From positions 27,466,001 through 27,530,000 of the forward strand of contig CM114271.1 in NCBI GenBank assembly GCA_050084515.1: a stretch of DNA of 64,000 nucleotides, read 5' to 3'. Source of the DNA: Blasia pusilla (taxonomy: Eukaryota). Below are positions 23,501-35,708 of this stretch, piece by piece. The first letter of the stretch is position 1. Every line of letters begins with the position of its first letter. A program made the translations under genes and the position numbers. The notes below the pieces were generated by a model. The model searched no databases, was not told the origin of the DNA, and was given only the letters and a program-made list of their open reading frames with translations.

Positions 23501-24783
23501 ATTGTAAGAATGCAGGTACGTGGCGAAAAATACCGGCAGCCTGCAAATTGTGGGCTTCTCCGCTTGATGGAGAGACATTTTCCATGTACGACATGGAGAT
23601 GGCTCAAAGCATGTCTGACTGGGAGGTGGAGAATTGCCCCATCTGGCTGGACTTCAACAACCCTGAGGACATAACCGAGAAAAACTTACGCATGGACTAT
23701 GATGCAGAGGCCGCAGGTAGGGACGACATCCCCAATTTCGTGCAGCCTGAAGACGTTTTTGAAGGAGATGCAGAGGAGCAAGCCCTCGAGACAGCGGAGT
23801 TGGTGTCAAAGGTTGTCACCGCCAAGGACAAATCTACGGCGGGTCTCAAAGCCAAGGTGAGGGGATCGAAGAATTTTGAGGCCGAGTCTTCCCAAAAAGA
23901 GGCTGAGAATTCAATGCGAGAGGCAGAATCGTCCGGGCGGGCGGGGAGAGAGGGTCGGACCAGGTCCTCCACCAGAGTCAGAGGTAATAGAGACCCCAAC
24001 AAGCCAACCACAGACTCGGGAAAAGCGGAAGCGCTTCCCACGGGTTGCTCATGGCAAAAAAAATCACTAACACTTGTAAAACAACCCGTCGGACTCCGAC
24101 ATGTTGCTCCAATGTTAGGACTATAACTAAGTTCTCTAGGGTTAAACGAAGTTCTTTGGGGACGAGTTGCACATTGTGTCACCATACTGATAGTAGACCT
24201 TTCTTGTTGTTGCATACTGAAATTAGCTCTTTCTTGTTGGTGACATTGTTTCCAACGTGCTTCTTTACAGATGGACCACTCCTTTGTCTACTGTTTTGTA
24301 AGGCCCGAGCACAACTTCCAATTGTTTCAGATCCTCGATCCAGTGGATCCATGCTCCGATGGGTACAGCTTAGATAGTTTATACAATTCTCCCCCGGGAA
24401 TTTACATGCAAAATGGTACCCCCTTACTTGGAGGAAGGGAAAAGTCGCCAGTGCTGATGCAAACGCTCATCGAGCTCTGCTCAAGGCCGGGTGACTTGGT
24501 GTTCGACTTAGTGGGCCTTTCAAGGGCGAGTATCAGAGGCGCCTGGGATAGTGGCAAGAACATTCTCTGCCTTGAGGGAAGCCATGAATTGTTTGACCTT
24601 TGCAAAGAGGCAAAGGCAGATTACGACAGGCTAGTTGGGGCGTATAACTCTCCTCCGAAGCCGAGAGCTCCGGTTCCAGACCCACCATTGTTAGTGACAC
24701 CATCCTCACTTCCCACGATTCCAAAAATTGGGAGGGCAAGGCCGATAGTAATTCTGGAAGAGCTCTCGAACGATGATGAGTGA
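20531..24783 (+). pseudogene. MULE cargo gene: coiled-coil N-terminus, ParB-like DGNHR motif, C-terminal N4/N6 DNA-methyltransferase-like segment (stops present)
   Basis: Chain of same-strand ORFs; YFFIWDGNHRFMAW at ~21570-21612; REKSPVLMQTLIELCSRPGDLVFDL...GKNILCLE at ~24436-24580; probable introns 21736-22547 and one ending at 24270; TATAAAT at ~20283. Confidence 0.55.
21826..22231. repeat. Intronic tandem repeat, 65-bp unit x6 plus a partial unit, each with a ~31-bp palindrome
   Basis: Units start at 21826, 21891, 21956, 22021, 22086, 22151, 22216; consensus core AAGCAACTCGTCGGA-N-TCCGACGAGTTGCTT. Confidence 0.93.
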
Positions 24784-24834
24784 GTTCAAAGAACTCAAGG
24801 ACCCAGCTTGACTGCAGCGTTTTGGAGTAGGGAT

Positions 24835-25890
24835 TTATTTGATGATGAGGCAAAAAAATTCTTAGAATAGATCAAATGTAAAGTTCAGAGCTTCCTTCGG
24901 ATGTAATAAAGGACAAGATTTTTTCGAACTATGATGGTGTTTGTAAAATTTTTCTGAATATCTTTATTTGTCTTATCAATTGTGATCGTCTATGTACTCT
25001 GACAATTCATATTGCAACCTGTCGGATTCCGATAGGTTGGCTGCGTGAGTGATTGGACTCTTTCCCTGTTAGTCCAACTTTAGAGGCATTCTGGCGGGCT
25101 TCTTCACTTTGGCACCTTCCCCTAGTTTCGTCAAACAAGTCTTAGGCTTCCTCTCTTCTCTAAGACGTGTTGGATTCCTACTACCTGTCGGATTGCCATG
25201 ATGGTGTCTCCAAGGACGGAGCACATATGGATATTGGATGGGTGTCACCTTGCAGAGCGTACAAGATTTATTGCCGAGGAAGGCGGAGGGACTCAAATCA
25301 GGTTACATGGGACCGTTATGGTGTACCTAGGGGGTGCCAAGGCTCTCAAATTTGCCTACATTTTCGATCCCCATCTACAATCGGCCAGAGAAGCCACTGG
25401 TATCCCAAGACATTCCTTTTGTAAAGGAATCTAGGAGAGTTAGGAGTAAATTTGTAGATGACGAGGCTGAAGAAATCATAGACTAGATCAAATGTACATT
25501 TCCGAGCTTCCTTCGGATGTAATAAAGGACAAGATTTTTTTCAAACGATAATGGTGTTTGTAAAAGTTTGCTGAATATTTTTTTTTAACTTGTCGATTGT
25601 GTTCGTCTAGCTACTCATAATGTTTATTTTGCAACCCGTCTGATTCCGACGGGTTGCAACTTTTCACTTTTTGACCACTGCAACTTTTTAACCATTTCTA
25701 GGCGAGCTGTCGGATTCTCACAGGTTGGCTGCTTGAGGGATCGGACTCTTTCCTTGTGAGGCCAACTTCTGAGGCATTGTGGCGGGCTTCTTCACTTTTG
25801 GCTTGTTCCCCTAATATCGTCAAACCAATCGTAGGCTTCTTTTCATCTCTAAGACGTGCTGGATTCCTACTACCTGTCGGATTGCCATTT
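24835..25890. repeat. Diverged direct duplication in the right arm of the MULE
   Basis: ~24840-25200 resembles ~25457-25890 (shared gagcttccttcggatgtaataaaggacaagatttttt and ggattcctactacctgtcggattgccat). Confidence 0.8.
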
Positions 25891-26573
25891 CAGATTCCCA
25901 ACCAGTTGGATTTTCGTGGGTGCAGGGTGGAATGGAATCACTTCTCAAAAGCTTTCCTTTTTTATGGTGAGCTTGCTTGCAAGGGGTGCAAGCCATCTGA
26001 TTCTGACAGGTTGCAAGAGTTGCAACCTGTAAAATTCCGACGGATTGGGAGGGGTGCAACTTCTGGGTTTCTCAGATTTAGGATGTGAATGAAGGGACAT
26101 CAGTTCCTCTTTACTCCAGACAGCTAACAATCTTTTGGTTCAATTATCATCTCCTGTGTTCACATTTCACAAAGTTGGTCTTTATTTGAACCTTTCATTG
26201 AGATGAGATTGCTACTTTTGGTCATATTATTTGCCAATGGTCCTCCAACAAAAATACCCCTAAGCACATCTTACTGTAGACTGAGCCAGGAAATGTGAAG
26301 AAACTTAGGCTCACATGGAGAGTGATGGAAAAATGTTTGTAGTGGTCTTATGATGTCTACTTGTTTTTCATCCCCTGGAAAAAAAAGGTTTCTTTAGGCC
26401 CAAATGTGAACCACTACCTACTCTCTTCTAAAGATTTCATGAATTTGAAAGCAAACAAAAATTTCAAATATGTCAAAAAACTTTGAAGAAAGGAGGCGGA
26501 TTTGGCCCTTTTTTTTTAAGAGAGACTCTCCTCTCTTCCTCTCTTCCTCTCTCCTGCCAGAATACCAACCCCC

Positions 26574-27232
26574 ATGTGGGCTTTGCTTTGTGAATCAGCA
26601 CCGCATCTTGGACTCTCCTCCGTAGTTCTTGGTCAAGTACCCCGTACCAATACTGGATTGATTGCGCCTCACTCACTCCATACGTAGCAATGATCAGCCT
26701 CCTCATGCGTGTGAATGCCTCTCTTAGACTCTCACCTGATCGTCGCTGAAAATCCTGTAGACTCTTCAGCTTGTCGGTGCGTACGCCATGGTAGCTCTTC
26801 CCCGACTGTCGGAAGAACTCCACTGTGGGGCTAAAGCTCGATGGCCCTCTACCACCAGAGATCTTTGCCACATCACGTGTCTAACTGCCCTCCTCTCCAT
26901 CTAGTCTCCTGGCTGATGGTGTGGGTCTCTCTCCTCTCACAATCCCATCATATGCCTCGTGACCACTAGTGGACATATACCCTGGAGCCCAATACATCCT
27001 CCAGGCATCGATCTCTACTAAATATAGTGATCAAAACTCCATGTAATCATCCATCAAAGGACCCTCCAAGTGCTGGAATAACCCCTTCCATGCCATGAAA
27101 GGGTTGAACCGTGTCGGGGTCCGTATCTCCTGGAAGTCGCACCACGTGTCAAACTCCTGGATAAAATCATCTAAGTCGATGGTGCCCACTGCACCCAAGA
27201 AACGACGCATTCCCCGATGGCCCATGTCGTCC
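26574..27232 (-). pseudogene. gag fragment of the copy-2 family fused to a truncated B repeat
   Basis: Diverged copy of ~34078-34730 (GTIDLDDFIQEFDTW...FNPFMAWKGLFQHLEG). Confidence 0.85.
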
Positions 27233-27769
27233 AACATGAGAAAGATGGCTTAGGAAAGCGATCTTCCTCTCTTATATAGGGTTGGGAAGAGCCAAAAGGC
27301 TCTTTCCCTAAAAGTAGCCCTCCCGTTGGTAACCTGCGCGCACAGGTTACTAGGGGCGGGTGACCTGGTCAACAAGTCATTCGGCTGTGAAAGACCTCAA
27401 CATGAAAGTTGTCAAAAACAACGTTCGTGACACAATGGACCTATCCTCAACCTCATCCAACACAGTGGGACAAAGTTACACTCCAGATAGTCCATTGGCT
27501 CCTACGCCCTATCCACGATAGATCTCCGCCTATCAACTACCCAGATGTGACAGTTGTCGTGCGCATACATATCGCTACACAACATACATCGCTGGTCACA
27601 TCTACACCACACAACATCAATCTTCCCCACACATGGGTCGATCCACACATGTACAAAAATCAACTTATACATATACATGGAGATCACACAACCGCCCCCC
27701 TAGCTGGCAATTGGATCCCCCCTAACTCCAGATAGAAAATATCACATATCTCTCACATTACCTACAACC

Positions 27770-29060
27770 CTATACACATCCATCGTCCCGTGGGAACCAC
27801 ATCAAGGGGGGGGTCAGACATGACATATGCCACCCTCGAGAACAACCATCACATACCAATATGGTGGTTGCACCCCTCGCAGATCCGCACAACATACACC
27901 TCAAGCCTCTAGGTACCACTGCCAAGCTCGGATCCACTGGCTCATCTACGTTCGGAAGATGATATGGCCCACAATTGCGCACATGATCCTTCCAAACCAT
28001 ACCATCTCGTCCCTCCAACATGAGGACTCCGGTCGGTAATAACTCGCGTACACGTAGGATCGTGCGCCCTGCAGTGACATCTAGCGTCGTGTGTGCCTCT
28101 AGCTGTAAATACACGTAATCTCCAGGATGAAACCTCCTAATCCTTGGACAATAACCTCCTCCACGAATGGTCGCGTACCTCAATATATCTCTATGTTGAG
28201 CAATAGCTAAGTTCTCAAAGGCCATAGGCATAACTCTAGGAAAATCCTCCGCCCTTTGAGAACATGCTTATATCCACACATCTGGATCATCAAGATCTAA
28301 CACCTCTACCATGTCACATCGAATCGCTTCAGGTAAATCTGGCTCTCTCTCAAAGAGAAAAAAGTACGATGAAAATGACGCCAAGGATGCCTGTCGACTA
28401 AAGCGATAATCCATAGCCAACCATGGCAAGTGTAGGTCCCACTCCATCAACTATCCCTACTGCAAGCCATAATTGCGCAATCCTCTCTTCACCGTCTGTA
28501 CCACTCTCTCCGCCAACCCATCTGCCTCAAGATGATCTCTGGACGTGGTGCGGTGATCTATCAGCACCTCATCACACAAGGCCTGAAACTCTCCCCTGAA
28601 CTCGGTACGTTGGTCAGTCAACACCTCCGCCGGTGCACCAAAGTGACTAAGCACATGATCTAGAAATGCATAAGTTGGTTCCTCGCTCACCTTGTCCGGT
28701 AGTGCCACCAACTCTATCCACTTGGAGAAATGCTCCACCATAACCAACATGTACATATGATGACGCCCCGTCAATGGCAAAGGTCCCGCAAAGTCTAAAC
28801 TCCACCGATAACCTAAACCCATAATCAAAAAAGGATGTAACTACGGAGTGGGAGCATTGAAGGATGCTAGCACTCTGTCACATATCATACATCTGGCCAC
28901 AAACTGTTGTACCCCAGTATGCATGCCGCGTGACCAATACTAAATCTGGAGTAAGCTGTAAGTACGCTTCACTCCAAAATGTCCCAACTCCTCATGGGCA
29001 TGTCGTACTACACATGCTCGCTAGGAAGGATGAGGTACCACTCGTATCCTACCATCTCCC
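27770..29060 (-). pseudogene. Integrase plus PHD finger of copy 2
   Basis: WSLDFAGP, VLTDQRTEF, DGLAERVVQTVK; CMLC...LVCDGCSRGWHMSCL. Confidence 0.9.
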
Positions 29061-29439
29061 CATACCCGCAAAATGTGAGTCCCCTCCCACCTGAACCTCT
29101 TGGCTCTCTGTAGGATCCGATCCCGCTCCCTTGCACTCACTATGCTTGCTATGACGCTAGTGCGCAAGAACTCCAAAACCTCCACGTCGTCATGGATATC
29201 ACGACCACCTGTCGCCTCCTCACTGATCTCCGGATCCAAAGACTCATCATCCAATCCCACCACTGAAGTCACCACATGTGGTTGACCTGCCATAGTCAAC
29301 CAACAAAGATAGGCATATGCATGCCAATCGGGCACCATCTCCTCATCACTCTCTCCGTGCCATCGAGCTCCTGTGTCGTCTCTCTGACTCGAACCTAACC
29401 CATCCGCATCTTGGTTCAGCCGACTTGGCCTATGAACCA

Positions 29440-30760
29440 CCTCAAACTCATACTCCTATAGTTATAGAGCCCACATGGCAAGCTTTCCCGTAAGCTTGTC
29501 AGACTCCATCAACCACCTCAAGGGCTGATGATCAGTGAAAGGGTTTCCGAATAAATAGCACGTGAAATGTGCCACGTCCCACACTGCAGCCAAGCACTCT
29601 CCCTCGTAGGAGTTGTACTTTGCCTCTGCAATATTGTTCTATCGGCTCGCGTAAGCCACCACGAACTCCCTCTCCTCGTCATCCCTCTGAGTAAGCACTG
29701 CTCCTAGACCCAACATGCTCCAATCCATATGTAACTGGAATGGGCGACCCCTAACGGATCTCTGTAAAATGGGTGAGGACGTCAACCTATCCTTGAGCTC
29801 CTGAAATGCTCGCTCCTGATATTCTCCCCACAACCAAACCTGATTTGCTAACTGATCGCATGAGCGTTTTGAGACTATTTTATGAATATCCAAGGTTACT
29901 TTGCCTTACTTCAATGTGTTAGACATTGAAGTAAGGTAAAGTCTCGTCAACAAGGTCAAAGACTTTGCAATCGCACTAAGACCCTTGACATATCGTCAAT
30001 AGAAGTTCGCCACTCTAAGAAATGCTCGGACTTGACTCACATGTGTAGGGCGTGGAATCTGCGCAATAGCCTCTACCTTCGTCTGTTGAACGCCTAACCC
30101 ACTCGGGTATATGGTGTGTCCCAAATACTCAATCTCCTCCTGAAAGAATCTTCACTTGCCTGGATGTAACTTGAGTCCATGTAACTGCAATCGCCGAAAC
30201 GCCTCCTCCAGGTGTCGCTCATGCTCCTCAACCGTGGAATTGAAGATAAGAATATCATCTATGTAACATCGTACAAACTCCAAGCCAGCCAGAATCCTAT
30301 CCATCACTCTCTGAAACTCTGCAGGCGTGTTCTTCAACCCAAATGGTAAGAACCGCCACTGGTACAAGCAATCTCTCCTGAACCGATCTATTCCCCACAA
30401 TGTTGTCTTCTCCTTGTCCTCCACCCTGATAGGAAGCTGATGATAGCCAGCACGGAGATCTAACGTACTGAAGATACATACTCCCCATGTGATAACTCCA
30501 CAAGTCCTGCCTCCAACAAGTCATGACTCCTACTTTGAATCAAGGCTCGCTCCATATTGGAATACATGTAGGGTCGACGAAAGATCGGCGTATCACTAAC
30601 CAACTCAATCCGTATCCCGGGACCCTTCAGCGTACCCAAGTCTCTCATACTGAAGGCAAAAAAACTGACATGCCCTCTTAGAAACCTATGAACTTGCCAT
30701 CGCTCTCCTCCTATCAACTTGAGATCTATCACAGGTTCCCAAGTCTCCATCGTGACCTCA
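29440..30760 (-). pseudogene. RT and RNase H of copy 2 (internal deletion near 30474)
   Basis: LPFGLKNTP, YIDDI, PFQLHMDWSMLGLGAVLTQ, VVAYASR. Confidence 0.9.
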
Positions 30761-31059
30761 CTCGGAGAGGACGCAACCTCCGGCTTTGGTTGCCATGTAG
30801 CAACCCTAGCCACCTCCGCAACAGCCACTCCACTCTGACCTCCTACACCATGCTCCATATCCAAAAAATGAACATGTGTTACTCTGGCCACCTTCGCACT
30901 CTCCGCTCGAACGACGTCCCAAGAAGTCCATGGGTGCCTATCTCTCCTCGTCTCGCCCCCAGCCAATGCCTGTATAGACCCTGGAGGCAATGGTCCAACT
31001 CGTGGACGTGACGGCATGGATGACACTCGCATCCGGCTCTGCTCAGCCATACCTGGGCT

Positions 31060-32010
31060 GACTATCCATGTGAGACATTTGAGGTCCATCGCCTGCCCCA
31101 ACACCTGTCTGCGGGATGCCTCAGTCATCCCTGGCACCGCCGTAGTACCTGTAACAAACCCCATGGTGCGCTCGCGCTCATCTGCTGGAGGCTCCTCCAA
31201 TGCTTCGGTCACCTCATCCCAAATCATGTCTGTCCCTCCCTGACGAAAGGCATGGGATGCTGGGAAGCTCACCAATGTAGGTACGGCTGCCCTCAACTCC
31301 CCCATCCTATTGGCCATCGCCAACGGTGGTCTATCATCCCACGTCACCACCTGAGATCGACGCCTTGAGCCCAAAATAGCATCCACTGTGAGATGTGGTG
31401 TTGTCTGGACTCCATCATATGCTCGACTCAGTACCTCTGATGGTATCAAGTTCGTCCACCACAATCGTTGACAATGGGCACCTGATCCAACTCTTCTGAA
31501 TCTAACAACACAGCAGGTCCCAACCAAGACCTCACCTGATGCACACTCGTCATCACACGTGCACGAGTGTCTCCCAACAACGGCACGTTCTCCAAAATGT
31601 ACGTTGGAGAACATGTATAACTCTCCTGCAAGTGTCGTACTACTCGTAGCATCTCCCAAAACATCCTTGGCCTCGGATCCTGCAATCCAAATCCTCGGCC
31701 AGCTGATGAATGACCCTGACATGGCCATCCAGCAATCACCAAATGAATGGTGCCAACTCTATCCAAATCTTGCGCCCCCACCAAAGAGATGTCGACGGGT
31801 AGTGTATGCTAATATCCCCGTACTGCAGATATCGGCAACAACTCAGGATACCTCTGGACCAATCTTGCCACGTAACGTAATGATACTCGCCGCACGGTCT
31901 TATCTCTCTCCACATAAAGGTACTGATGCACCTGTATGCCCGCCTGCAATACTGCTGGCAATCTAGTGCTAATCCTCCGAAGAGATCTAACACCCTAATA
32001 CCCTCCTCTG
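31060..32010 (-). pseudogene. DNMT3-like C5 cytosine methyltransferase domain of copy 2
   Basis: GIRVLDLFGG/IS...AGIQVHQYLYVERD (I, II), LVIAGWPCQGHS (IV, catalytic PC), YILENV (VI), AHCQRLWWTN (VIII), ERERTMGF...RRQVLGQAMD (IX, X). Confidence 0.9.
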
Positions 32011-32344
32011 GGCACTGCCACACAACGGGTGTGGTATCCAGTGGGGTCAAGGTCTCCACTCCAAGAACCCGATCGCCACGTGACTCTCGCTGCTGCGCGA
32101 TAAAAGCATGACTCCACGCTTGCCTCACGAGGTCATTGGCACTCCTCTGTAGCTCTCGAGTCGTACCCCACAATGGTGAAGAGGTCTCGCCAACATGGGA
32201 AGAGACACCCGCCATGGCCTGTCTCTCCGTGGGACTATCCGCTACTAGGACATCCTCCGCATGTGCGTTCCCCTCCAACAACTCTCTTGGCGAGCTAACA
32301 CTAGCTGTGAAAGCTGCCAACGTGGTCACAGACTCGCCTCGTGA

Positions 32345-32818
32345 TCAACCACCTCGTCCCCCATATTGCACAGGTAACTGACTCATCCGCATATCACCTG
32401 ACCGCCACCGTGGCTGATAAGCAACGGTCTCCTCCCAAAAGTCAAGGATGAATCCTAGGTGATATAACACTATACTCCCCACCAACACATCGTACGACTC
32501 AACTGGTGTCGTAATCGCACGTGTGCGCACCATAGCACTATCCGTCGCATGCTCTGGCTGGACTCTGACAACTATCTCATGTCGAGTCATATACTGCATG
32601 GGTGACATGCCCCCAATCGAGGTCTGTATCTGGAAGAGACAAGGATCAATGTCGGCCTTCCGTAACCCCAATGCTAAACACGCCGCCTTCCCTAACATCA
32701 AGGGTTGCGCTCCCGAATCAAGTAGGACGCGCTGCAGGTGGTATACTATCCCCGTCGGACTAACCAAGCAAAATACTCCAGCTCGGTTATCCAGTAACAC
32801 TATTCCAAGTGTCACCAC
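32345..32818 (-). pseudogene. Aspartic protease of copy 2
   Basis: VLLDSGAQPLMLG...YDVLVGSIVL. Confidence 0.85.
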
Positions 32819-33366
32819 TGCTTGCTCTATGGCCGATCAAGCGGCAATATCTACCAACTTCATCGCCGCCGCATGCCATGACTCTATGGGGAACGTCCCG
32901 AGCACCGGCTCTAAGGGCGATTCCACCACCTCCTCAACTACCTCTGAACAAGAAGCAATCACCTCTCCACGCTCACACAACATGGCGGCCAGCCGGAACA
33001 CCTCATCGGGTCCAACTCCCAACGTCGCCAACTCTATGGCGGAAAATAGTGGAGTCTGACTCACTCTAGTGGCCACCTCCAACACTTTGGTCAACACTGA
33101 CTCCACTTGAGCAGTTAAGTTATAGGAGTTGTCATACGAGTTGTCACTCCAACTCCGCGTGACGTCAACATAGGTACCTAAGCTGTAGGCACCGCAGGTT
33201 GTCGAGGCACCATCGATGGTGTGTGTAGTGTCTCCGACAATGTGAATGACTGTGGAACCCTGGCTTGCCGCCCATCGGTCCCCTCTGGTGGGTCAATCTC
33301 AACTCCACCTCTCGATGGATCGGTGCCTCTCGCAGCACCCTGAGTCACCACTGCAGCCGCCTCAAC

Positions 33367-34905
33367 CTAGGCTGCACTACACATAAACCCCATACTAGCG
33401 AGATCCTCACCCGGGTTAGGGTAAGAGATAGAATCTAGAGTCACACTAGCTGCTCGTAGCTCCGTGCCTTCCCTAAGCTGCATCATCGTCATGGCAGCAA
33501 TCCTCTGCTCTAATTGATCGATGCGTGAGAGAAGTGCCGGCTCTAGTGGTCTTGCTCCATCTCCTCTGGCTGGTGGTGGTCCTCTACCACCACGTCTAGG
33601 AAGGACTCCCCGACGTCCTCCAAGACGACCGCTCCCAGGCCCTCGGCCTACCTCTGGACGTACCTCTTGGTGAAGGTCAAAACATCTATCCCTAGTGTGA
33701 CCATATCTGTGGCAATAGTCACACTCGGGCTGTGGTGAGGCCATCCTCTGTGGCTCCCGAGAAATTGGAGGCGCTCGTGGTCCTCTCCCATGCTGTGGGC
33801 AGTCTCTTTGTCTATGGGCCCCTCCACACGTCCAACAGAACCACATCGGTCCCTGCTGGGCAACATATGTAGGTACGGGTCGTTGCCTCATAGGCTCACG
33901 GTACCCGCTCTGCCCTCTAGGCATCGGCCCGCTCCCATGGTACTGGTGCTCGCTCTGGCACGTGTGGGGTCACCGTCGCTTGTGGACCCGTTGACTCTCG
34001 AGAAAATCCAGCGGTCACTACCTGCTCCTCATTCATGTTGAGCTCAATACGCTCAGACAACTCAAAGACCACCTTCAATGTGGGCTTCGCTGTGTGAATC
34101 AGCATCGCATCTCGGACTCTCCTCCATAGTTCTCGGTCCAAGATTCCCACTACCAATCTTGGACTAATCGCGCCTCGATCACTCCATACGTAGCAATGAT
34201 CAAACTCCTCATGCGTGTGAATGCCTCTCTCGACTCTCACCGATCGTCGCTGAAAATCCAGAGACTCTTGACTTGTCGGTGACGCCCTGGTAGCTCTTCC
34301 CGATCGCCGAAGAACTCCCTTTGTGGGGTTGAAGCTAAGTGGCCCTCTACCACCAAAGATCTTTGCCATAATGCCTGTCTCACTGCCCTCTTCTCCATCT
34401 AGTCTCCGGGCTGATGGTGTGGGTTTCTCTCCTCTCACAATCCCATCATATGCCTCTCGACCACTAGTGGACAATACCCTGGAGCCCAATACATCCTCCA
34501 GGCATCAATCTCTATTGAATATAGTGATCAAAACTCCATGTAATCATCCATCAAAGGACCCTCCAAGTGCTGGAACAACCCCTTCCATGCCATGAAAGGG
34601 TTGAACCGTGTCGGGGTCTGTATCTCCCGGAAGTCGTACCACGTGTCGAACTCCTGGATAAAATCATCTAAGTCGATGGTGCCCACTAAACGCGAGAAAT
34701 GACGCATGCCCCGATGGCCCATGTTGTCCATCTGCTGCCAAGTGATACTGCCTTCCTCTGCGATCTCGTCACCAGACCCAGTGTCTAGTGATGATGATCC
34801 AGCCACGGATGGATGTCGAGGTAGCTCCTCACTGGTAACCCCTCGGTATCTCACTCCACTCCGTGTCACACCACTACTACTGCTCCCACTACCCCGTTCT
34901 TCCAA
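33367..34905 (-). pseudogene. gag of copy 2
   Basis: CWTCGGAHRQRDC and CDYCHRYGHTRDRC knuckles; frameshifted upstream capsid-like ORFs. Confidence 0.85.
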
Positions 34906-35708
34906 ACCCTGGAAGAACGCCGTGATGACAAACCCTGTCTCACCCGCTCAAGCACTCAGACTCACTGAGAGTCTCCCATACGCCTCACTAGCTCACCTAT
35001 GCTAACGTCAATCGCGTGATGACACACCCGGCCTCACGCACACTCAACACTCGGACTCACCATGAGCCTCCCAACTGACTCACCTAACCTAGCGACACTC
35101 TCGTGTCATACATGCGACCCCTACGCGGCAACTACCGTATAGCCACCAACATGCTACACATGAAAAGAGTCTACACTCGTCGCCATCACTACACCCACCT
35201 AGCACCGCTACTACCCGATACCCAGCACTCCCAATCACACACGACAAGTGCGAGAAAAGGGACTCGAATGGGTAACCTGATCACGCCCTCCAACCTACGC
35301 ACCGTCAACACTCACTCCTCCATGTGGTATGGCAACCTCTGCAACACGACACTCTCCTCGACCAACACGTCGAACTTCACGTCAGCATCAACACATGTGT
35401 CTCCACCACATCCCTTGCACCCACAGTCGATAAAGAACTATCGAGTCAACCCCCAATCGACTTGCAATGACTGACAAACTCCCGTCGCGAATCCCATCCA
35501 CGCTCGTGAATCACCAAATGCAAAAACGAGCTCCCACTGCGCAACTCGCCTCAACCACATCCAATTGCTCAACCTCGTAGCCTGAGTCAACTTGGTATGG
35601 CTCCACTCCTACCACGTACATCCTGTCTGACCATGTCAATATGACCTCGACCACATCCGGGCTCTCAACCACGTCTGCCCTACCTCTACCACGTTGATGC
35701 ACGGGGGG

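Larger units (their letters stand above)
14915..26573. mobile_element. Mutator-like DNA transposon (MULE) with two divergent genes
   Basis: 9-bp TSD ATGTGGGCT (14906-14914 and 26574-26582) splitting a gag fragment; imperfect G/GA-rich inverted ends (gaggaagagaggaagagagg vs cctctcttcctctcttcctc); MULE transposase motifs inside. Confidence 0.88.
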
